A stretch of 64,000 nucleotides of DNA from NCBI RefSeq assembly GCF_000737315.1, contig NZ_JMCB01000024.1, positions 92,604 through 156,603 on the forward strand, in the 5' to 3' direction. Below, piece after piece: positions 57,701-64,000 of the stretch. The stretch comes from Hyalangium minutum (GTDB taxonomy: Bacteria > Myxococcota > Myxococcia > Myxococcales > Myxococcaceae). Within the stretch, counting starts at the first letter, position 1. The number at the start of each line of letters is the position of its first letter. A program made the position numbers and the translations under genes. The notes under the pieces were generated by a model. It saw nothing but the letters and a program-made list of their open reading frames with translations, was not told the origin of the DNA and searched no databases.

Positions 57701-60700
57701 CGGTCACGGTGTAGTTCAGGGGGTACTGGCCGATGACGTTGCCGTCCACCGAGCCCGTGCGGTTGATGTTGGCCGTCAGGTCGCCGGCGCACGCGTCGTT
57801 GGCCGTGGCGCCAGGGTCGGCGAACGGAGAGCCGCACTCGTGCGCGGCCGGGGTGCCGCCCTGCAGCGTGATGGTGGGAGGCAGGTTGTCCACCACCGTC
57901 ACCGTGCGGACGTCACCGGACGTCGCCGTGTTGCCCGACGGGTCGGTCACCCGGTACGTGAGGGTGTAGGAGCCCGCCGCGCCCGTGTTCACGCCACCGA
58001 CGCGCTGGATGGAGCCCGTCAGGTTGCCCGCGCAGGCGTCCGTGGCCGTGGCGCCAGGATCGGCGTACGGCGAGTGGTCGCACTGCAGCTGCTGGTTGAG
58101 CGAGCCGAGCACCGTAATGGCCGGAGCCAGCGTGTCCTGCACGCTCACCGTACGGGTGACCGGCGTCGCGCTCTGGCCCGACGGATCCGTCACGGTATAG
58201 GTCAGCGGGTAGCTGCCCGGCGTGCCGCTGTTGACGCTGCCAGCCACTTGGATGCTGCCCGTCACGTCACCGAAGCACACGTCGTTGGCCGTGGCGCCCG
58301 GATCGTTGAACGGCGTGCCGCACTCGAGCGACGGCGTGGGGGAGCCCACCAGCACCAGGGTCGGCGGAGCGTCGTCGCCCACCGTCACCGTGCGCGTCAC
58401 CGGCGAGGCGACCACGTTGTTGGACGCGTCACGCGCCGAGTAGGTGATGATGAAGGTGCCCGGCTCATCCGGGTTGCCCGTCTGCGTCGCGGTCACCACC
58501 ACGTTCGTGTCGCACGCGTCCGTGGCCGTCGCGCCCGGGTCCACGTAGTTGACGCCGCAGGCGAACGTGTCGTTCGCAGGGCCATTGAGCGCCAGGGTGG
58601 GCGGCAGCGTGTCGTTCACCGTCACCGTGCGCGACACCGTCGCCTGGTTGGTGCCGTCGGTGGCCGTGTAGGTGATGGCCTGCGGACCGAGCTGCCGGTT
58701 GTTCACCGTGCCGCTGGCCGTCACTGCCAGGTTGCCCGCGCACTGGTCGCTGGCCGTCGCGCCCGGATCGTTCCAGGGCGAGGCGCACTCCAGCGTCATG
58801 TTCCCGCCGGTGAGAGCAATCTGCGGTGCGATGGAGTCAATCACGCGCACCGTGCGGCTGGTGTTGGAGGTGCCCACGTTGCCGGAGGGGTCCGTCGCCG
58901 TGTAGCTGATGGCGTAGGTGCCAGGAGCGCCCGGGTTGGCCGTGGTGCTCGGCACCGCCGGCAGGGTCCCGGCGCACGCGTCGCTGGCCGTGGCGCCCGG
59001 ATCCGTGAAGGTGCCGGAGCCGCACTCCACCGGGATGTCCAGCTCGCCGATGACCGTCACCTGCGGACGCTGCGTGTCCTGCACCGTCACCGTGCGGGTG
59101 ACCGCCGGAGCGCTCTGGCCCGACGGATCCGTCACGGTGTAGGTCAGCGGGTAGGTGCCCGGCGTGCCCGCGGTGACGCTGCCCGTCACCTGGATGCGGT
59201 TGGTCACGTCGCCGTAGCACGCGTCGTTGGCCGTGGCGCCCTCATCGTTGAAGGGTGTGGGGCACTCCAGCACCTGCGAGGCATTGCCCAGCAGCACCAG
59301 GGTGGGCGGAGCGTCATCGCTCACCGTCACCGTGCGCTGCACCGGCGACGTTACCTCATGACCCGCCGCATCCCGCGCCTTGTAGGTAATGGTGAAGGTG
59401 CCCGGCGTGGTCGTGTTGCCGCTCTGCGTCGCGATGACCTGCACGTTGGTGTCGCACGCGTCCGTCGCCGAGGCGCCCGGATCCGTGTAGGTGGCGCCGC
59501 AGGCGAACGAGTCGTTGGCCGGACCGTTGACGGTGATGGAGGGCGGCAGCGTGTCACGCACGTTCACCGCGCGGTTCGCCGTCACCGTGTGGCCGTGGCC
59601 GTCGCTCACCGTGTAGGTGATGGGGTAGTCATTGGGCACCAGGTGGTTCACGCCACCGGAGACCGTGGGCGTCAGCACACCGGCGCACTGGTCGCTGGCC
59701 GCGGAGCCCGGATCGGCCCAAGCCGTACCGCACTCCACCTGCTGGGGATTGGCGCCCGCCAGCTGCAGCGTGGGCGGCAGCGTGTCGCTCACCGTCACCG
59801 TGCGGCCGGTGGTGGACAGCGCGCTGTTGCCCGACGGGTCGGTCGCGCGGTAGCGCACCACGTAGTTGCCCGGCAGGTTCGGGTTGGCCGGCGGCTCCGG
59901 CACGGCCGGGAGCGCCCCGGCGCACGCGTCGTTCGCCGTGGCACCCGGATCCGCGTAGGTGGGGTCACCGCACTCCACCGGCAGGTTCAGCGGGCCGTTG
60001 AGGGTAATAGCCGGGGCCAGCGTGTCGCGCACCGTCACGGCGCGCGTCTTCGTGGCCGTGTGGCCGCTGCCATCATTCGCCGAGTAGGTCACCGTCTGGG
60101 TGGTCAGCTGGTGGTTGTCCACCGTGCCGCTGATCGTCACGTTCAGGTTACCCGCGCACTGGTCGTTCGCCGTGGCACCCTGCTCGGTGTAGGCCGTGGC
60201 GCACTCCAGGCCCATGGTGGCCGAACCGTTGAGCGTCAGCACCGGAGCCAGCGTGTCCTGCACCGTCACCGCGCGGCTGCTCGTGGACAGCGTGGTGTTG
60301 CCCGACGGGTCGGTCGCGCGATAGCGGACGTTGTAATTGCCCGGAGCACCCTGGTTGACCGGAGGCTCCGCCACCGTCGGCAGCGCCCCAGCGCACGCGT
60401 CGTTCGCCGTGGCGCCCGGATCCGTGTAGCCACCACCGCACTCCACCGGCGGCGGGGTCAGCGAACCAGTGATGGTGATGGTCGGCGCCTGCGTGTCGCG
60501 CACGTTCACCGTGCGCGTCGCCGAGGCGGTGTGCCCGCGCCCATCGTTGGCGCTGTAGGTCAGCGTCTGCGCGCCCAGCACGCGGTTGTTCACCGAGCCC
60601 GTGGTCGTCACGGCCACGTTGCCCGCGCACTGGTCATTCGCCGTGGCGCCCGGATCCGTGAACGGATTGGCGCACTCCAGGGGAATGCTCGCCGCGCCGT

Positions 60701-62801
60701 TCATCGTCAGCACCGGCGGCAGCGTGTCGCTCACCACAAACGTGCGGGAGCCGCCCGACACGCCGATGTTGCCCGAGGGATCCACCGCCTGGTAGCTGAC
60801 GGTGTAGGTGCCCGGCGTGCCCACGCTGACAGCCTGAATCGGCGTGGCCGGAACGATCCCGGCGCAGACGTCGGAGCCCGTCGCACCCGGATCCGCGAAC
60901 GCGGGATCGTTGCACTCCACCGGCACGTTCGCCGGGCCGTTGAGCGTCACGCTGGGCGCGCGCGAGTCGCGCACCGTCACAGTGCGCACCTTCGGATCGG
61001 AGACGTTGCCCGCCGGATCCCGCGCGGTGTAGGTCAGCGGGTAGGTGCCCACAGCGTTGACGTTCACCGCGCCAGCGGTCGTCACCGGCACCGTGCCAGC
61101 GCACTGGTCGCTCGCCGTCGGGGGCACATCGGTGTACGTGGACATCTTGCACTCCAGGGGAGTGACCGTGGTCGGCGTGGTGACGACAGGCTTCAGCGTG
61201 TCAGCCACGTTGACCGTGCGCGTGGCCGTGCCCACGTTTCCAGCCGCGTCCGTTGCGGTGTAGATCCGCTGGTACGCGCCAATCGCCGCCATGTTCACCG
61301 TGCCACTCTTGGAGACAGGCACCGTGCCCGAGCACATGTCGTTGGCCGTGGCGGCCGGGTTCGGCTCGAAGCCGCTGGTGTACACGCCATTGCGGTTGCA
61401 CTCGACCGGCTGGGGATTCAGGCCGGCGATCGTCACCACCGGCTTCACGCCGTCCTTGATCGTCACCACGCCCGTGCACGAGGCCTGCTGGCCACTGCTA
61501 TCCGAGCAGGTCAGGGTCACCGTCGTGTTGCCAATGTTGTACGGGCCCGCCGCGGTCTGCGTGCAGGTGACAGGCTCGCCTCCCGGATCGTAGGAGCCGT
61601 TGTTGATGTCGGCGTTCATGCCGCACTGATTGGTCACCGTCTCCGTCACGTTGCGGCACAGCGCCACCGGCGGCGGGTTGGTGTTCGGCACGTCGACCAC
61701 CTTGCAGAACGCGGAGCAGTTGCCGTTGATGATGTCGCCCTGCGGGGTGCGCTGGTTGCCGTTGCCGTTGTCGCACTCCTCGCCCGCGTTCAGGACGCCG
61801 TCACCGCACCAGTCCATGCGGCACGAGAACGAGCAGATATCGCCGCGCTGACCGTTGAAACCGTCGCCCAGGTCGCACTCCTCACCGTCCGGCACGTTCA
61901 TGGAGTCGCCGCCGCAGCCCGCGCCCACCGCGCTGACGTTGCGGACGAAGACATAGGGGGTACCCTCGTAGACCAGCCCCTCGTCGTAGTCCTGGTAGCT
62001 CCGCCCGCCCGGAATGGGGTTCGAGCCACTGATGTCCGTCGCGAGCACCGTGGCCGTCAGGTTGCGGACCGGGTACTCGGTGAACACCGTGCGCGTCGCG
62101 CAGCCGTCAGCGCCCGTCAGCGCCATATCGAAGAGCTGGTCCGAGAACAGCTGCGAGGGGAACGTCACGAACCGGTGACCGGAGTCCGCGCACGTCGACA
62201 GGCCCCGCACCTTGAAGGTGCCGAACGGCTCCAGAACCTCCACCGCCGTGTTGGGCGGGGCGTTCTGGTAGGCGCAGCCCAGCGAGATGTACATGCTGGT
62301 GTAGAGCTGCACACCGTTGTCGAGCGCCTGGTGGATGCCGGCCTGCTGCAGCGGCTGAGAGCCCCCAGCGTTGGTGCTCGCGCCGACGATGACCACCTCG
62401 CTGTCGACCACCGGACCCCACACATCGCGGTTCTCGATGGCCGCCTGGAACGGCGCCGTGCCCGTCACGCACCCGGGATCACCGATGATGATCAGGTGGT
62501 ACTGGCTGAATTCGTTGGCCGACATCAACGCCCACTGCTCAGGCGTCACTATGGTGATCTGCGCGTCGGGCCGGTAAGCCAGGACCGTCTGGGCCTCGGG
62601 GCTGTTGACGCCTCCGTTGACGGAGCTGCCCAGGATGAGCACCTTGTTGTAGTCGCTCCGGGCTTCCTGTCGTGTCGTGCGCACCGCCGCCGGGGTCGGC
62701 TCGGGTTTGGGCGCGCTTTCTTCCCGGCCGCAGGCGCTGGCCAGGACTGTGGCCAACACCAGCGACGCTCCCAATACGCCTTTGAGTTTCATACGGAACA
62801 T
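54720..62801 (-). CDS. Giant lipoprotein with about 26 Ig-like (DUF5011-type) repeats and myxobacterial Cys-rich repeats
   Basis: Lipobox LASAC; CGDGVLNAGEECDNG repeat; tandem units D..PP.ITL.G.....EC...Y.DPGATA.D.C.G; start uncertain (62801 or 62792). Confidence 0.88.
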   Translation of the reverse strand: MFRMKLKGVLGASLVLATVLASACGREESAPKPEPTPAAVRTTRQEARSDYNKVLILGSSVNGGVNSPEAQTVLAYRPDAQITIVTPEQWALMSANEFSQYHLIIIGDPGCVTGTAPFQAAIENRDVWGPVVDSEVVIVGASTNAGGSQPLQQAGIHQALDNGVQLYTSMYISLGCAYQNAPPNTAVEVLEPFGTFKVRGLSTCADSGHRFVTFPSQLFSDQLFDMALTGADGCATRTVFTEYPVRNLTATVLATDISGSNPIPGGRSYQDYDEGLVYEGTPYVFVRNVSAVGAGCGGDSMNVPDGEECDLGDGFNGQRGDICSFSCRMDWCGDGVLNAGEECDNGNGNQRTPQGDIINGNCSAFCKVVDVPNTNPPPVALCRNVTETVTNQCGMNADINNGSYDPGGEPVTCTQTAAGPYNIGNTTVTLTCSDSSGQQASCTGVVTIKDGVKPVVTIAGLNPQPVECNRNGVYTSGFEPNPAATANDMCSGTVPVSKSGTVNMAAIGAYQRIYTATDAAGNVGTATRTVNVADTLKPVVTTPTTVTPLECKMSTYTDVPPTASDQCAGTVPVTTAGAVNVNAVGTYPLTYTARDPAGNVSDPKVRTVTVRDSRAPSVTLNGPANVPVECNDPAFADPGATGSDVCAGIVPATPIQAVSVGTPGTYTVSYQAVDPSGNIGVSGGSRTFVVSDTLPPVLTMNGAASIPLECANPFTDPGATANDQCAGNVAVTTTGSVNNRVLGAQTLTYSANDGRGHTASATRTVNVRDTQAPTITITGSLTPPPVECGGGYTDPGATANDACAGALPTVAEPPVNQGAPGNYNVRYRATDPSGNTTLSTSSRAVTVQDTLAPVLTLNGSATMGLECATAYTEQGATANDQCAGNLNVTISGTVDNHQLTTQTVTYSANDGSGHTATKTRAVTVRDTLAPAITLNGPLNLPVECGDPTYADPGATANDACAGALPAVPEPPANPNLPGNYVVRYRATDPSGNSALSTTGRTVTVSDTLPPTLQLAGANPQQVECGTAWADPGSAASDQCAGVLTPTVSGGVNHLVPNDYPITYTVSDGHGHTVTANRAVNVRDTLPPSITVNGPANDSFACGATYTDPGASATDACDTNVQVIATQSGNTTTPGTFTITYKARDAAGHEVTSPVQRTVTVSDDAPPTLVLLGNASQVLECPTPFNDEGATANDACYGDVTNRIQVTGSVTAGTPGTYPLTYTVTDPSGQSAPAVTRTVTVQDTQRPQVTVIGELDIPVECGSGTFTDPGATASDACAGTLPAVPSTTANPGAPGTYAISYTATDPSGNVGTSNTSRTVRVIDSIAPQIALTGGNMTLECASPWNDPGATASDQCAGNLAVTASGTVNNRQLGPQAITYTATDGTNQATVSRTVTVNDTLPPTLALNGPANDTFACGVNYVDPGATATDACDTNVVVTATQTGNPDEPGTFIITYSARDASNNVVASPVTRTVTVGDDAPPTLVLVGSPTPSLECGTPFNDPGATANDVCFGDVTGSIQVAGSVNSGTPGSYPLTYTVTDPSGQSATPVTRTVSVQDTLAPAITVLGSLNQQLQCDHSPYADPGATATDACAGNLTGSIQRVGGVNTGAAGSYTLTYRVTDPSGNTATSGDVRTVTVVDNLPPTITLQGGTPAAHECGSPFADPGATANDACAGDLTANINRTGSVDGNVIGQYPLNYTVTDPSGLTANTQRVVNVNDTLAPQLTLVGQANQLVECGPGYQDPGATATDACAGNLDGQIQVSGAANSQAVGNYTVSYSVTDGAGNTAGPLTRNVQVRDTQAPVITVNGALDQQFDCGSAYVDPGATASDVCAGAVPVTATQNGNANQPGTFTISYTATDPSNNTVTSPVTRTVHVNDNLPPTLALVGPGTQRLECGSSFADQGATANDACFGDLTSAITVTGSVNTGVAPRDYTLFYNVTDGAGNSAPSVSRTIEVRDTLAPSITVTGPTNTTYECGSTYADPGATATDACAGNLTSAIVATQTPDPNAPANFIVTYSVTDPSGNTTVSPVTRTVTMNDNLPPTIALNGPAVQSLECAPTPYNDLGATANDSCVGPVPVTVVGSVDMTRNGTYTLTYTARDTVGNVSPSVSRTVNISDTTPPAITLNGSNAVTLECKRDTYTELGATGLDICSGEATVSVSGTVDTEHTGFYLVRYTATDASGNTNQTVRNVNVGDTLPPTIALNGPNPLIMECATPFNDPGATASDLCQGNVSDTVFLEFNGVNNMVTNYGNNPGVTDPYKVRYQANDHLGHYVTLERDVRVQDTRGPVLSVTGAPVSEIECGSQPDLGVVATDACYGNVTVTASPAQLPHVPGEYNVTYTATDPAGNTTVGTDLRHFSVVDTTLPELSVNGPEVMYYECTGHAIGNVWSNPGASATDTCEGVLQVHSYNSGDDDGDGIPGSEDPDDFGPGPTTEVEGLYYVQYMAWDQSYNIQQRILSVYVQDTLPPVLILNGAETVQTQCFFPTDDPTDSDEEVDVDPNPYIDQGATGDDQCYGDVTPLVQTFSTVDKQSPGRYQVEYQVRDGAFNWAMPITRTVQVIDNQAPKLKMNPPIKVFPADLSMRRVDLTECGLAWDRCEGYMDIMDVRQMNVVSNEPAANGDAGDIQFDPDSGTFYVKAKRNTNNTQRVYTATWRNYDASGNFVNGTCKVYVPVNANDPAPSALQSGTDITARR

Positions 62802-63292
62802 CCCCCACGGCTTGATAGTCGAAAGTACAAAGTGCTTGGCATCCCAGTACGTCTTCAAGGCAGCGAAGGATTCACTCGCAGTCGGCGATGTAAGCGCAAC
62901 CCAGGGCACTCCTGAGCTCACGCCCCTCTGTCCGAACCCCGAATAATACTTCACAGCCCATCCGCAATTTTCGCTTTTCAGCGGAGACAGGCAAGCAGTT
63001 TTTTCCCGTTTTAGGCGAAATCCCAGAAATGTGAGTGAAGTTCGGACATGGCCTCACCCTGTTGCAGAAGTGCGCTTCTGCCATTGCGGGTACGAGCAGC
63101 CATACGCAGAGTCTGGGGGCTGTGCGCGATCATAAAGAGACTTGCGCTGAGCAGGCGAGCGTGGATCGCGCACTGCGGCGAAAGGGCTCGAGATGCCCAA
63201 ATATGTCACCGGGTGCCCAGGTTCGTCGCTGACGGCCCCAGGGGCTTGAGCCAACCCCGCGCAATCCCGTGGGCGCGGCGCGAATTCGCATG

Positions 63293-63308
63293 TGGCCCGC
63301 CCATTGCT
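63293..63308 (+). promoter_or_regulatory. Sigma-54 promoter of the pilin gene
   Basis: TGGCCCGCCCATTGCT, 45 nt upstream of ATG. Confidence 0.7.
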
Positions 63309-63353
63309 TTATGCTTCCTTCGCAGTGCCTCCCCAACAAGAAGGAGCAGTTCC

Positions 63354-63998
63354 ATGACGCAGCGCCGTCAGCACGCCGGCTTTACCCTCATCGAGCTCAT
63401 GATCGTGGTGGCGATCATTGGCATCCTCGCGGCCATCGCGATCCCGAACTTCATCCGCTTCCAGGCCCGCGCCCGTCAGTCCGAGGTCCACGGCAACCTG
63501 AAGTCGCTCTTCACGGGTCTGCGCACCCAGCAGCGCAAGCCGCCGCTCACCATCCGCGCGACCGGCTTCGCCCCCGAGCGTGGCAACCGCTACAGCTACC
63601 ACCTGGAGAACAGCTGCTCCAGCACGGAGAGCCGCGCCAACCAGCAGCCCGCCGTGAACAACAACGACACCTGTATCGGCCCGGACATCTTCCGCTTCGG
63701 CGCCAGCTTCCCCGCCTTCTTCGTGGTGCAGGCGCTGCCCTCCGCCAACTGGGGCCCTGAGGCTCACGCCGACATGAGCGGCAAGACCGACGCCGGCATC
63801 TACGGCGACGACGCCACCTGGGGCTTCCTGGCCTACGGCGCGGGCGACGTGGACAACGCTCAGACCCCGGACAAGGCTGACACCTGGTCCATCGGCTCCT
63901 ACGACGCGGTGCTCGCCTCCGAGTGCCCGGCCGCTACCAACATCAACGTCGCCGCTGGCGAGCCGTTCAACGTCTACAACGACGTGAACTGCGACTGA
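63354..63998 (+). CDS. pilA: Type IVa major-pilin-like protein (PilA paralogue)
   Basis: G/FTLIELMIVVAIIGILAAIAIPNF prepilin motif; GFAPERGNRY and C-terminal NDVNCD as in myxobacterial PilA; AAGGAG RBS. Confidence 0.9.
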   Translation: MTQRRQHAGFTLIELMIVVAIIGILAAIAIPNFIRFQARARQSEVHGNLKSLFTGLRTQQRKPPLTIRATGFAPERGNRYSYHLENSCSSTESRANQQPAVNNNDTCIGPDIFRFGASFPAFFVVQALPSANWGPEAHADMSGKTDAGIYGDDATWGFLAYGAGDVDNAQTPDKADTWSIGSYDAVLASECPAATNINVAAGEPFNVYNDVNCD

Positions 63999-64000
63999 TT

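Noticed and set aside
55581-62915. 2444-aa plus-strand ORF
   Set aside because: Antisense shadow of the giant Ig-repeat gene; Arg/Gly/Val-rich with no motifs, typical of high-GC DNA.

Overview
GC-rich bacterial DNA, almost certainly a myxobacterium (Cystobacterineae-like). Evidence: a MYXO-CTERM sorting tail, ELWxxDGT repeats, myxobacterial Cys-rich repeats, an STK-AAA-GAF-HisKA hybrid kinase, a pilin resembling M. xanthus PilA and many sigma-54 promoters. Left to right: xdhB (partial)/xdhA, DoxX, AI-2E transporter, M49 peptidase; a five-gene minus-strand cluster (lodA-like CTQ oxidase, lodB-like flavoprotein, 5-heme cytochrome c lipoprotein, two AidA/PixA inclusion-body proteins); a translationally coupled TPR membrane protein / glycosyltransferase / 2x radical SAM operon; a Hod/Qdo/AqdC-like alpha/beta-fold dioxygenase; allA; a decayed integrative element (tmRNA 3' fragment, deleted tyrosine integrase, lipoprotein REase-fold toxin plus immunity gene between 16-bp direct repeats); two secreted S1 proteases; a GT-C-like membrane protein facing away from three JmjC/cupin genes that enclose a 55-aa Pro/Asn-rich peptide; a hybrid kinase; an EEP nuclease; an ODP-like di-iron protein with a Ser/Thr kinase; TfoX; acyl-CoA synthetase; ADH; a sulfur cluster (cysE, cysK, sqr, sigma-54 activator, pdo, rhodanese, tauE, yeeE/yedE, class V aminotransferase); two large surface proteins; and a stand-alone pilin. 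Best candidates for novelty: the lodAB-cytochrome-AidA cluster, a triple-palindrome element shared by that cluster and the toxin gene, the JmjC trio with its peptide, and the TPR-GT-rSAM operon. All family calls come from motif recognition, not database searches.
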